Positions 25,845-38,000 of a stretch of DNA of 64,000 bases are shown piece after piece. The DNA is taken from positions 1 to 64,000 of the forward strand of contig JAKMXF010000026.1 in assembly GCA_024704765.1 (NCBI GenBank), read 5' to 3'. Position 1 is the stretch's first letter, and each line of letters begins with the position of its first letter. The notes under the pieces were generated by a model that made no database searches, had not been told where the DNA came from, and saw only the letters and a program-made list of their open reading frames with translations. This DNA comes from Oopsacas minuta (lineage: Eukaryota; Animalia; Porifera). The position numbers and the translations under genes were made by a program.

Positions 25845-26482
25845 TTCTCTTTCTGCCTGTTAGGTTTAAGGGGCTTTTGGGGAGATAATCCCGATTAAGA
25901 AAGCGGGTTTGAATAATTTTTCAATTTGGCCCCTTTGTTGTTCCAAAAGGAGAATGAAATGCATATATAGGCAATAATTTTGGCAAACAATACAGGTTCA
26001 ACCTATCCTTTACTACATATACGAGATAGGAGCGGTTAGATAAATTCAGAATATTCAGGTACGTTTGACCTTGAGCGTTATGTTGTGCTTGAAATCGCCT
26101 ATTGAGATCTCATTACAAAATTTGCCATGTCATTGTGGCACGAGAGGTGTGATATTAATTAATTATTGAATATGAGAATAACTCCAACTAAGATTAGGGT
26201 ACTCATGCACTCAAAAATTTCAGGTGAATTGTGCTCATTGCTCGCTGCTAGCTTCACACTCGATACAGTGTGGCAAAATGGCCATAATGGGGAAATAGGT
26301 AAATGAATCTGTAATATCACCACAATTATACTTACATATACTAAATCGACACTGTAGATTACAAAAATACCAATGATTTTTTAGTAGCAGGACTATAAAC
26401 CTAGTTATGACGTAATTACTGACATTTTCTAATTTTTAACACTTGTGGTTCATTAGTGAGGATATTATGAAAGTTGATAATA

Positions 26483-27818
26483 CAGGGTGTTTCACAATTG
26501 ATGTCGTGTTATACAATATTACATAACTAATAGAATACTAGATATATTACTACAATTATTTGCCAATATATCCACCACTAAGTTCAATACACTTATGGAT
26601 TCGTTTTGGCATTCCATCCATCAATTTATCCAAAACCTCTGGTGAAATATTGGACCATGCTGTTTTCAGTCGATTTTCCAACATTTTTATGTCTTTTATC
26701 TCACCTATTGAATCTAGATCATCTTTCAAAATCGACCATATGTTCTCAATGGGACTCAAGTCTGGAGAGTTGGCTGGCCAGGTACCTTTCGCCCAAAAAC
26801 TCTTTAGGTTACTTCTCAACCAATTTTGTGTCATGTTTGCCGTGTGAGCTGGAGCGCCATCTTGTTGAAATATCGCACGGGACATATTTTTTAACATTTT
26901 CCTCTCAACAACTGTGCCTCTTTCTCGCTTTCTGTTCATTGTAGACATTAAAGTTTTACCCATTATCTCACTAACATAGTACTCTGCAGATACAGTTTGT
27001 CCAACGGGAATGAAGTGTAACTCCGACAGTGCACGATGTGACATCATACCCCATACTTGAATTTTCTTTGGAAATTTCACCATCTGAACGGGCTCGACAT
27101 CCAATGTGTTTCTCGCCCAAACACAATCATTTTTCCTGTTTGGGGGATGATTTAACTCAAACGGTGATTCATCTGTAAATAATATGTTTTTCCAATCATT
27201 TGCTGTCCAATTGACACGTTCTTTACAAAATTTTAACCTAGCAGCCATGTTTTTCTCTGTTATTAACGGCTGCCGCTGGCATTTGTAAGATTTTACGCCC
27301 TTTTCTTTTGTCAAATAACGGTACACTGTACTCTGAGATACGGAATGACCTTTCAACTTTAATTTCTTGGATAGACCACGTACAGACTGTCGTTTTTCGC
27401 CAATTGATTTAGTAATTACAATCTTGGCAACTTTCGATATGGACGATTTACGGCCACGTCCCCCTTTGTTTTCTAATGTCAAATCATTCTTGAAAAGTCG
27501 CCACCAACGCTGAACTGTACGGATATTAACTCCAAGTTTAAAAGACACAAACTTCTGAGAAGAGCCAGCTTGTAGCATGCCAACAGCCTGTGAGCGAATC
27601 ATGATACTGTATTCTTTCACCATTATATTATGCAAATAATTAGCCCAATTTGGATATGGAAATAGAAGCTATAAAATGTTTCGATTGATGAATGAAATAA
27701 TTACTCAATAGAACCCTGTAAGATTAATTACGATTGCAAGTTTAAATACACAGATATTATTGCATAGGTGCATAATGAACAAATTTAGAAAATACGACAT
27801 CAATTGTGAAACACCCTG
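26483..27818 (-). mobile_element. Intact Tc1/mariner (IS630-Tc1-mariner) transposon, 1336 bp
   Basis: Perfect 25-bp TIRs CAGGGTGTTTCACAATTGATGTCGT, TA duplication on both sides, single uninterrupted ORF. Confidence 0.95.
26556..27635 (-). CDS. DD37E transposase, 359 aa
   Basis: N-terminal HTH region; ILFTDESPF (D), IFQQDGAPAH (D), SPDLSPIENIW (E). I count 37 residues between the second D and the E. Confidence 0.92.
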   Translation of the reverse strand: MHNIMVKEYSIMIRSQAVGMLQAGSSQKFVSFKLGVNIRTVQRWWRLFKNDLTLENKGGRGRKSSISKVAKIVITKSIGEKRQSVRGLSKKLKLKGHSVSQSTVYRYLTKEKGVKSYKCQRQPLITEKNMAARLKFCKERVNWTANDWKNILFTDESPFELNHPPNRKNDCVWARNTLDVEPVQMVKFPKKIQVWGMMSHRALSELHFIPVGQTVSAEYYVSEIMGKTLMSTMNRKRERGTVVERKMLKNMSRAIFQQDGAPAHTANMTQNWLRSNLKSFWAKGTWPANSPDLSPIENIWSILKDDLDSIGEIKDIKMLENRLKTAWSNISPEVLDKLMDGMPKRIHKCIELSGGYIGK

Positions 27819-27907
27819 TACATGCATGTCATGGTCTCTATTCTGCTATCTGATAACGTACAATTTAAAGACCCTGAATCATGTATGACTATTGGATATA
27901 CTTATTA

Positions 27908-30068
27908 TCATAAATCATCTGATAGTATACTAATATATAATATTTCTTGGAGGCTATTTGTAACGTCTAATTTCTTCTTTGCGTGCTTCAAACGATTCTG
28001 CACTAAGATGGGGTGACTACAACACAACAACCTGACTAAAATATCTCTAACATTATCTGTGAAATAATTTTTTCTTGCAAGATTCTCCCGATATCGCCTT
28101 ACAAATTTATTGCAGGATTCTAAACATTCCTCAGAGAGATTCTGTAATCCCTTACCATTATTGTAAGCACCTATTAACTGAAACGAATGGACAAGTAACT
28201 TGTGCTAGGATGGAGTAATGCTTGCCCATGGGTACTCAACTTGAATAAATTCGTACGTTTCTTTGCACAATTCATTTTGTCACAGTTAATCGAGTCACCA
28301 CTGTTGAGGAGTCTTAACAAAACAGATGGATTCGTCTGGATCTTCTCTAATGATACTTTACCTGAAGGATTAATGGAAGAAGTGGCCCACATCAACAAGT
28401 CTCTCTTATTTAAAAAGCAGTCTCGCGCAATGTTACCAGTAGTTGAAGTGCCGCCCTGGCTTGAAGGGATATCGACACTGAAGTTACATCTTTCCTGGAG
28501 TATAGCTCGAACCCGTTTCATGGAAGAATTTACTTTCGAGTTTGATGGCGCCCATACCTTGTGTCCTGCATCAAGATGGTATATCAACAGCATGAACCAC
28601 CTGAATACACAAAGGTAAGCATGCAAAGGAGATGCAGCTATAATATCGATGTTAGAAGTTGGTTGATGCGTAATACCAACACGTTGATTTGATGGGAGTT
28701 TCAAGTAATCTTCTTCATCAACCTCTTCAAAAAGTTGCCGAGCGTCGCTAATTAATCTGTTAATAGGGAAACCAGAACGGGCCCATTCTAAATTTTAATT
28801 TGACTATCCGTTGTAGTACACAGATGACAAGAAGCCCCACCACTCCAGCCAGCAATCCTGCTATCTTGGTATCAAAAAGGGAACGGACTATCTCGACCTA
28901 TGCATGGCCTCCAATAAGAGATAACCCATCCTGTATGATATGGTCTGGTTGAGGATTGACTATTGCATTCATGATAAGCTTTACACTAGAATATTTTTCT
29001 TTCAAAGCTATCAGTGCTACTGGCCTAAAGCAGAACGGAGAGTTGGGTGAGCTGTTATAGAACACGTCATTTCCAAGTGGGTTTGTAATTGATGGTACTT
29101 GGAATCCGAACAAAATGAAAGTTTTTGTTGCTTAATACAGGATAGTTGCTTTGTTGGTTATAGGTTTGATGACAACCGGAGCCATCCAATCCATCAGATA
29201 TCTTAATTTTTAGTGGGTAGTGTGAATCAGGAACTGGGTCTAATGTTGAAAGCAAGCGTTGAATGGTCAGACTAAGGATGGAATGATAAGAGACGCAAGT
29301 CCCAATTGACAATGATTCGGGGTTTCTGACTATTTCCATTTCATTTATTAGGCTTATTTCCCTACGATATTGCGAGACAAGCTTATAGGAAGGAAGCTTA
29401 ACATCACCTTTGAAAATTCTTTTCAGGTTCGTGTATTTACTCGCCCAATTTCTAAGCTGTCCAATATATAAGCACATTTAGAGATTTGTACTTTGTTCAA
29501 TACACTGCTAAAAGATCCCTTATCAATTATTTCTCTGCACATCTCTGAAGTATCACGGTCATAGGATTTATTTGAGACTAATTCTAAAGCGAGAGCGAGT
29601 AGTTGTTAAGGCTCAATCTTTTCTCTCTCTGCTAAAAAGTCCACATGCTTTAAAAGAACTCCAAGTCTCGATCTGGAAGTCTTCATGTGACATTCGAGAA
29701 TATGCTTCCGCGATTCAGTTACAATCTGTTCTGAAAAGTTTCGATTTCAGAATCAGTGACTAAAGAAGAAAATTCAGATCATCTGATATTCTCTTTCTTG
29801 GATTGGATATTGTTAGACGAATAGAGTGGAAAATCATGTTATCCCATGTTTCAAGATCCTTCCTGCGGTAAGCCTCTCTAGATGTTAGAAGTGATTTAAA
29901 TTTGAAATGGAGAGTAGCATTTTCTTCATCGGGTAAATGGTTGTTCTCAATAAGTTACCTAACGAGACTGTAACACTTCTTCCATTCGAAATGTACAAAC
30001 TATATGCCTCATTGTTCGTGATTAGTACAGACATGATCCGCAAAAGGGCTACTCTAACATAGAAACAT
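27908..30068 (-). pseudogene. RAG1-core-like (Transib-type) DDE transposase pseudogene
   Basis: Motifs in RAG1/Transib order: KISDGLDGSG (D1), NSSPNSPFCFRPV, SLFDTK...GGASCHLC (D2 plus CxxC), SPLHAY, STTGNIARDCF, YPWASITPS*HKLLVHS, LSEECLESCNKFVRRYRENLARK (E). Several stops and frameshifts. Confidence 0.85.
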
Positions 30069-31803
30069 TATGATATATGGTTGTACAGTATTGGAATAAC
30101 TAATATCCTGCAAAATATAGAATTTTACTGAAAAATTTAAAACATTTGAAAAATATATTTTTCGGATTTTTGTCCGGTCCGGACAATGAATGACGTGATA
30201 AATTTTTGGGCAGCTTTTGGCAAGCCTGGAAAGTGATTAAATAGTTGACTAAATATAGCAACATTACGTATTATTAATAACGTTTTGTCAAATTTTGTCA
30301 AACAAGAGATGCTACACTTCAATCAATGAGAAAAAATTCAAAAATATAACTTTGGGAGGGCCAAACTAGACACCCGGAAATAAGTACAAATGAGTATCTA
30401 GACTAGCCTACCAATGATTAAATTGTTGTTACAATATAGATTTATTATCAGATGATGTTTTTCACTCTTATATTTAGTATTAAAATCAAATATGATTATA
30501 TTAGGGCATAGGGATTTGCGGTTTGAAAATATATATATTTCTATTATTAGAAACACTAACAAGTTGTGCGTAGTTAGGATTCCTAACTGCTTCTAATGCT
30601 GCCAATGATATTTTCGTACTAATTGAACTATGGAGAATTCGAAAATGCATTGAAATATGCCTATTTCCCCATATTGCCACACTGTGCATTATATCTTGTT
30701 AGTAGTATACAGTGCCGCCGAACCCTAAAACCTTGAACGATCGCGATCCTGGGGAGGCTCATGCGTTAGTGAGGGGGGCTTGAGCCCCTCCTGCCGATCA
30801 CTGAGTTGGCGCCTATATAGCGTATTTACCCACTATTTACTTCAATATTTGGGAAACCGTGGTTACAAATTGACTTAATTGCTTATATATCTAAGTTGTA
30901 TAATACTCGTACAAGGCTTTCAACCTGGAAACCTTCAAACCGTGAGATTCGCCAAAAATCTCACAATTTAGTATTAGTTTTATATTAAAAGACCAGGGAT
31001 TATGCTGTATTTCTAAGTTAATCTCGTATTAGGAGATTTTGGCATTGTTAGACTTGTATAAATTTACAAAAGAATAAAAATTGTGATATTTTACTATTCA
31101 TGGCCACCGAAATTATATTTAATGGCCTTCTGTGGTGATATTGGAACTAGCTTCTACGTCGCTTTTGACTAGAAATCTGTGCAATTCGTGCCTCGAATGG
31201 GATGGGTATTGAAAATTCCGTTCCCACGGCAACCCTGGTGATTTCTTCTAAAAGGGCGTGCGAAATTTGGCCTATCTGCATTAAATGTACCCCAGTGAAG
31301 AAACAAAATATGGCGTTAGAGTTATACCTGCGAAAATCATGAGACTCACAAGTTAGCCCGTGAGAGTTGGCATCTCTGCATCCACCCCCCACTTCTATCT
31401 TATGAACAACTTTCCCTCTCTCTAACAAGGAGCCGTTTTAACATTACGTGAAGTTACCTAGGGACCTGTGGTAGTGTGTAAATGTGACAACTTTTGTATT
31501 GCTAAAGATCTGAACAAGCATCAATTTATCGGGAATTTAACGTTTCGTAACGTTGGACAACATATTTTAAGGTTCACTTTACGGCCAAATCACTAGCTAA
31601 AGTGAAAGAGAGCAAAATTTGAGATAAGGACCCTATTTCCTAGATTGTATTGTTTGACTTTTGTACAGGCTCCAGATTTATAGGGAGGCCAACTTTTTAG
31701 CCTCTCAGAATATATGCCACACTAAAATTCTTCAATTAATACATATTGCGTCACTGCTCAAGAATTTTGTATTTATTTTACCTTACATATACTTAGATAA
31801 ATT

Positions 31804-34110
31804 ATGGGATGTGGTTCATCAACTCAAGCTTCATCCAGCATATCAATCAGGAATCCTGGCCCAAAACACTCAAAAGAAACGACACAAAGCTCTGCCCTCC
31901 TTGATCCAATAGCGAATATGAATTTTCCAGACCTTAGCGAACATAATAACTATATGTCGAAATGTCTCAACAAAGAGATATACTCCAAATTGTTCGCCCT
32001 TACTACTAAATCAGGCTTTAGGATTGACCAAGCTATACAAACTGGTGTTGACAACCCTGGCCATCCATTCATAATGACAGTAGGTTGTGTAGCAGGTGAT
32101 GAAGAATCCTATGAACTATTCTCTGACTTATTTGATCCTGTGATTGAGAAGAGACATAATGGTTACAAGAAATGTTCAAAACACATCACTGATCTGGATT
32201 TCAGTAAACTTGTGGGTGGTGAGCTAGATCCAGAATATGTCCTATCCTCTCGTGTCCGTACAGGTCGAAGTATCCGTGGATATTCTCTCCCGCCTCATTG
32301 TACCAGAGAGGAACGTAGAGGTGTAGAGAAGATTGTAGCAGAGGTTCTTTCTTGTTTCTCAGGTGAATTTCAAGGTGCCTATTATCCATTAAATGACATG
32401 ACAGAAGAACTACAAAACCAACTAATTGATGATCATTTTCTTTTTGACAAACCTGTCTCTCCCCTTCTCTTAGCTTCTCGTATGGCACGTGACTGGCCTG
32501 ATGCACGTGGTATTTGGCACAACGAGAAAAAGAATCTGTTAGTCTGGGTAAATGAAGAAGATCACACGCGTGTAATATCAATGCAACAAGGTGGCAATAT
32601 GCGTGAAGTGTTCACTCGATTTTGTGAAGGGCTGAACAAGTTTGAGAGTGAACTGAAAGCACTCGGTCAGACTCTTATGTGGAATGATCATTTAGGATAT
32701 ATCCTTACTTGCCCTTCTAATTTGGGTACTGGGCTTAGGGCAGGCGTCCATGTTAAGCTTCCCCTTCTGTCTAAAACTCCGCTTTTTGAAGAGATCTTAC
32801 TACATCTCCGCCTCCAGAAGAGAGGGATAGGAGGAGTTGATAAGGAATCCTCAGGGGGCGTGTTTGACATTTCTAATCTTGACAGGCTTGGTGTCTCTGA
32901 AGTACAGCTAGTCCAACTTGTCATTGACGGAGTTCAACTTTTGATTCAAATGGAGAAAAAGCTCAAAAGCAATGCTTGGATTCATGAGCTACTTCCTGAA
33001 GCCATCAAAGCTAATGATCCACTCAATAGTTTTCCTGATCTCTCAAAGCATAATAATTACATGGCAAAACATTTGTCCCCTGCTATCTATTTTGGTCTCA
33101 AAGATAAGGTAACGTCAAATGGTTTCACTCTAGATCACGCAATACAGACAGGTGTTGATAATCCTGGTCATCCTTTCATCATGACAGTTGGGTGCGTAGC
33201 AGGAGACGAAGAGACTTATAAGACATTTTCAGCTATGTTCGACCCAATCATTGAGGATAGACATAATGGATACAAGGTAGATGGGATCCATAAAACAGAC
33301 CTCGACCCGAATCACTTGAAAGGCGGAGAGCTAGATCCAGAATATGTCCTATCCTCTCGTGTCCGTACAGGTCGAAGTATCCGTGGATATTCTCTCCCGC
33401 CTCATTGTACCAGAGAGGAACGTAGAGGTGTAGAGAAGATTGTAGCAGAGGTTCTTTCTTGTTTCTCAGGTGAATTTCAAGGTGCCTATTATCCATTAAA
33501 TGACATGACAGAAGAACTACAAAACCAACTAATTGATGATCATTTTCTTTTTGACAAACCTGTCTCTCCCCTTCTCTTAGCTTCTCGTATGGCACGTGAC
33601 TGGCCTGATGCACGTGGTATTTGGCACAACGAGAAAAAGAATCTGTTAGTCTGGGTAAATGAAGAAGATCACACGCGTGTAATATCAATGCAACAAGGTG
33701 GCAATATGCGTGAAGTGTTCTCTCGATTTTGTGAAGGGTTGAACAAGTTTGAATCCGAGCTAAACAAGCGTAATCAAGAATTGATGTGGAGTGAGCACCT
33801 TGGTTACATTCTAACCTGCCCATCTAATCTAGGTACAGGGTTACGCGCTGGTGTTCATATCAAGCTGCCCAAACTTTGTCAACAAAAGGAATTTGATAGC
33901 ATACTCACATCCCTCCGCCTACAAAAAAGGGGCACAGGTGGAGTAGACACAGAAGCAACAGGTGGAGTTTTTGACATCTCAAATTTAGATCGTTTAGGAT
34001 TCTCTGAAGTTGAGCTAACTCAGAAGGTTATTGACGGGATAGTCCACCTTGTAAAGATGGAGAAATTGTTAGAGAAAGGGGATTCCATTTGTCATCTCAT
34101 ACCTCACTGA
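31804..34110 (+). CDS. CK: Two-domain (contiguous dimer) creatine kinase with N-terminal acylation motif, flagellar/protoflagellar-type
   Basis: Two complete phosphagen kinase domains 369 aa apart. Each has [21 protein letters not shown] (CK-type specificity loop), [22 protein letters not shown] and GGVD. The N-terminus is MGCGSS. No introns. Confidence 0.93.
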   Translation: MGCGSSTQASSSISIRNPGPKHSKETTQSSALLDPIANMNFPDLSEHNNYMSKCLNKEIYSKLFALTTKSGFRIDQAIQTGVDNPGHPFIMTVGCVAGDEESYELFSDLFDPVIEKRHNGYKKCSKHITDLDFSKLVGGELDPEYVLSSRVRTGRSIRGYSLPPHCTREERRGVEKIVAEVLSCFSGEFQGAYYPLNDMTEELQNQLIDDHFLFDKPVSPLLLASRMARDWPDARGIWHNEKKNLLVWVNEEDHTRVISMQQGGNMREVFTRFCEGLNKFESELKALGQTLMWNDHLGYILTCPSNLGTGLRAGVHVKLPLLSKTPLFEEILLHLRLQKRGIGGVDKESSGGVFDISNLDRLGVSEVQLVQLVIDGVQLLIQMEKKLKSNAWIHELLPEAIKANDPLNSFPDLSKHNNYMAKHLSPAIYFGLKDKVTSNGFTLDHAIQTGVDNPGHPFIMTVGCVAGDEETYKTFSAMFDPIIEDRHNGYKVDGIHKTDLDPNHLKGGELDPEYVLSSRVRTGRSIRGYSLPPHCTREERRGVEKIVAEVLSCFSGEFQGAYYPLNDMTEELQNQLIDDHFLFDKPVSPLLLASRMARDWPDARGIWHNEKKNLLVWVNEEDHTRVISMQQGGNMREVFSRFCEGLNKFESELNKRNQELMWSEHLGYILTCPSNLGTGLRAGVHIKLPKLCQQKEFDSILTSLRLQKRGTGGVDTEATGGVFDISNLDRLGFSEVELTQKVIDGIVHLVKMEKLLEKGDSICHLIPH
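32221..33720 (+). repeat. 393-bp identical direct repeat inside the CK gene (32221-32613 = 33328-33720)
   Basis: Line-by-line comparison shows no differences from GAGCTAGATCC to GAAGTGTTC, at an offset of 1107 bp. Flanking codons differ at most synonymous sites. Confidence 0.92.
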
Positions 34111-34789
34111 TTATCTTATTCGATACTTAATTATTCGACAACTCTATTTTACGATATATATCCACTTCCTGTCCACTCTTGTATTCTTATATGCTACTTA
34201 TTTATATGCCCATATGTACTACTAATACATTCATTTACTATTTATCAATCAATATCCTATCTTCTTTTGTTTTAGTAAGCTTACTCAATGCATATGACTT
34301 ACTTTATCTTCATTTCCAAGGTTTATTACACAGTCATTCTAATAAACCACGTTCTTGATGAAGAACGCTGTTTGTACAAAAGTTGTTTACTTAAGATGCG
34401 TATGTATTATGTATAAGATACTTGCTTTATCTATTTGAACCTTAGTACGAAATGTGTAAATTTTTGAACAGTAATGGCAATAGTTAAATTCTTTACAGTG
34501 CATTCAAATTGAGAACAATTTTTGTTAACAAATTCTGTTCGTAAGCATTCAGATGACGTCATTTCGATTCGGAAAAATTGTATAGACTTCGTGTGTTACT
34601 AAGTATCATGATTCAAATATTCTGGGAAAAATGAACCATTTTGATATTATCGAACAAATCGATTTCTCAATATATTTATTTATTATTTTATCCCTAGTCA
34701 AAAAATTGCATCGCAACATTGCCTTATGTGTAGAATGATATGCCATAGTAGGGTTTGGATTATCCGTTATTTATAGATACCCGGATACC

Positions 34790-35010
34790 GGATATGCTGA
34801 CGTCATGATTCTACCAAAAGCTAACTCATCATGGGATTGTTATGTAATCATGACCTCAACAAAATGAAATAATCCAAATATTTGAATTTCTAAATACCTG
34901 TCACATAAAGGCCCAGATTACTAACCAAGAGCCACGTAGCATCTCCAGTATTATCACAAAAGGCTATTGAATGGAATTTGGACGGACCATGGATAATACA
35001 AAATAACAAT
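34790..35010 (+). mobile_element. Internal fragment of Helitron family H1
   Basis: TGACGTCATGATT...CTAACTCATCATGGGATT...CAGATTACTAACCAA...GGACCATGGATAAT is shared with the other H1 copies. Confidence 0.65.
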
Positions 35011-38000
35011 TTCCGCCAACAATTATCCTCGAGGCAAATATTGCAGAGTATGATACTCGGTTGTGTAGCCAGTTTGACTTGATCTATAGTCAAACCACTT
35101 AGTTAATTATTCAGTTCAGTATGCTATAGCTTGTACTTAATAGCTGCATATTTATTACCTTGACACACATTTATTTTCAAATATAAAGTTAGTAAAGGTA
35201 ACAAGGAAGAGCAATTTCGGGCTTTTAGGGAACACTGGACTTAACCGTATCTTTCCTAGAATTAGCGGCAGTTAATCGGTTAACTAAATCCAGCCCTGAT
35301 CCTTGAAAACTGTAAATGGTCATTTCGTCGCTGCATAGTTCGCCCCCCGAAATTGTATATGTGATTTATGTTATTATTAGGTATTGTGGTCCTAGGACCA
35401 AAATTATATCCGGATGCAGACTACTCTTGATTGTTTGATTGAGTGTTTTAGATGTCTCTTGTTGTTGAAATGGATTTTTTCTCTAATTACTATATCTTGT
35501 TTTTATCAAGCATTTTGGTACTGTACACCTCTTGTATATGATCTTGACTCTTATCTACCATCTATTTGATGCTCAATATTTATTTACTAACTTGAAAAAC
35601 ATAAACAAGGGACCAAAATCCCGAAGTAGGACCAATTTTCCATCAATTTTTTGGACCCATTTTACTGGTAACGAATGATTACTGGGATTCGAAGACCTTG
35701 TCCTATTGGTGGTCAATTGTAGAAATTCATTTTTTGGTGCCTCCTGATGCTGGACAATAGAAATTTTCTTGTTTAATGTTAACATCAAATTGATTTGGTG
35801 CTTGTGATCAAATGAAATCTAATTCGTTCAAAAAATTTCTGTTCTTAAAGCATTTATCAGTTCTGAGTTATTGAAACTTTTAACTTTACCAATTTTGAAA
35901 AGAGAGAAAAATTGACAAGATTTTTCATCATCATAGATTGAATCCGGGTATATCTCATCATCGAGCTCAGAAATTTTTCTCTTTCACTTATTCAGACACT
36001 TGTTAACTTGAATTGAAAAGTAGAATCAGTTTCATCTATTTGCTGAATATTCTTTCATATCTCAGTTTGTTTATCGTAGAATAATTCCAACAACTGCAAT
36101 TGCAAACAGGTTATATGTATGTATAGCCTCAGAAAATGCGTTCTTAACAACTATGAGCCGTTGATGGATCCAATATTTGCGGTTGTTTACTCAAATGAAT
36201 TCCATGTTCCTCTTGTAATCCGCTACTATATCAGATTTGTAAATTCTGAGGTATTTTTTAAACCAACCAGCGGTTCCCAACCTGGGCTTATCTTTTGGTG
36301 GTCCAAGTATGTGCAATACATACGAGTATATTTGATTTTCCTTAAGAAATTATTTCTTCAATGTAATTCTTTCCTATCCTAGACCCTATCTATCTACTCT
36401 TACATGGCTTCAAGTGGTAAATTATTATATCTAGGAATTCATCAGCGCAAATTCAAAATCAGTGACACATATTATGATTTTTTGGGCTCTCCCCAAATTT
36501 TGACAACAAATTACTAAATTCAATATAGGGGGTATCCCCAGATAGAGAGGACGAATATTTGGATTTTGGGGCTCCCAAATGGCCCCATGCTGCGCATGCG
36601 GTACTCACTTTTAAATATCTCCAAAATTGGTCCATATTGTGTCAGATAAATCGTATACAGAGGTACAAATATATGTCAGAATAAACCTCTCTACAAATTT
36701 TCAGCTCTTTTAACTCTAACGGTGTGGGATGTAGACCTGATACGGAACTACAAACAAAATACACCGAGATTAATGCTGGACGTTAAATATAGGCCTAGAG
36801 TTGTTTGCGTCGTTTTTATAATATATGTTGGTATTCTGGCTTCCAATGACTACTGGTTGTTTGGAGAAATCATAGTACACCTTTGAGGGAAAAGATTTCA
36901 TGATTTCAAAGGGCTAAACTACCTGATAATACAGAGGGAAAACGGTACACGAAGAATTCTATGCCATCGAGCTAGAAAAGTTGCCAGAGCAATGGAAACA
37001 GTACGTAGACTGAAGGGGCGAATATATTGATCGGTTTAATAATCAATTCATATAGGAATTGTCTGTAAAATATGCAAAATTGTCTCATAATATATTTAAC
37101 AACCCATAGTATTCTAATACACTCAGGCAATGGCACCAACCTTTTTCTTGGGCCAGGGATTGGTTAAACGAGTTTGGGATTGTTATGCCGGAGTGTGTAT
37201 CTCAGAAAAAATGCACTTTAGTCCGAATGAATGTATTACATACTTGTAAAAATACATGTCATCATTCCATAAAACAAAATTTTGTCAAAATGTGCAAATT
37301 ATATAATTTGTAGTCAATAATTCAGGGAATTATCAAAAAATAGTCCATCTTTGAAACCATGTAGAACGTTAAATATTGATATTTGATTAAAATGTTGAAA
37401 TACGAAATGTTCTACAATCGTTTCTACACAAAATATGAAATTTTGTCATGATAAAACTACGAAGTTTCTGAGTTAAAGCACATACCATGGATAGCACATG
37501 TTTTGCCAATAGCCACTTATAAATCTATGATCATGGAAATTATTGTAAAATCAGGATAGCCATTATATAGTATACATCTGACTTCCCATACCCTAATAAT
37601 ACATTTTGATATGAACAACCCTTGAGTGTAAATAATGTTTCAATTATATTTCAAAGCAATTGTAGTTTTTAGACAATACTTACTGGTTCATCAGGGCACT
37701 AATTTAGAGGAGGCGCCTCCCACCACGTTGGTATATTTTACACCTATGGCTATACTATATATATAATCTACGTTGTTTAATACGTCTTTCAATGAAGAAT
37801 CTTCACTTAAGTCGTATTATGTATAAACGTATTATACGTTCACTCTCAATTTCTGGTGAAGTAATTTCTATTAGGCTGATTTTTGCAATAAATATTTTGC
37901 ATCAAAACAGTAGTTCTCGAATTGTTAATGAGAAATCTCAGCACAGTTGACCAAATTATATAATACTGATAATGTGGTAACTGATACAAGTCTAACAATG

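Larger units (their letters stand above)
26264..30686 (-). mobile_element. Transib/RAG1-like DNA transposon (decayed), interrupted by a Tc1-like element
   Basis: Right end on the minus strand: CACAGTGTGGCAATATGGGGAAATAGG. Left end: TACAGTGTGGCAAAATGGCCATAATGGGGAAATAGG. Weak subterminal similarity continues ~180 bp inward. The ends enclose a RAG1-core-like pseudogene. No 5-bp TSD found. Confidence 0.7.

Noticed and set aside
26290-27907. RAG2-like partner gene next to the RAG1-like transposase (ProtoRAG layout)
   Set aside because: After removing the Tc1 insertion only ~300 bp remain between the transposase stop and the left TIR. There is no kelch-like ORF and no room for one.
26560-28618. 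Plus-strand ORFs 26560-26847, 26606-26944 and 28202-28618
   Set aside because: Antisense shadows of the Tc1 and Transib transposases; no independent motifs.
32201-33823. Minus-strand ORFs 32201-32581 and 33248-33823
   Set aside because: Antisense shadows of the CK coding sequence; their mutual identity simply reflects the 393-bp repeat.
35400-36330. Possible Helitron Rep-helicase linker remnant on the minus strand
   Set aside because: Only vague resemblance (AFSEAI, LFAI, PASGGT) across many stops; not enough to call.
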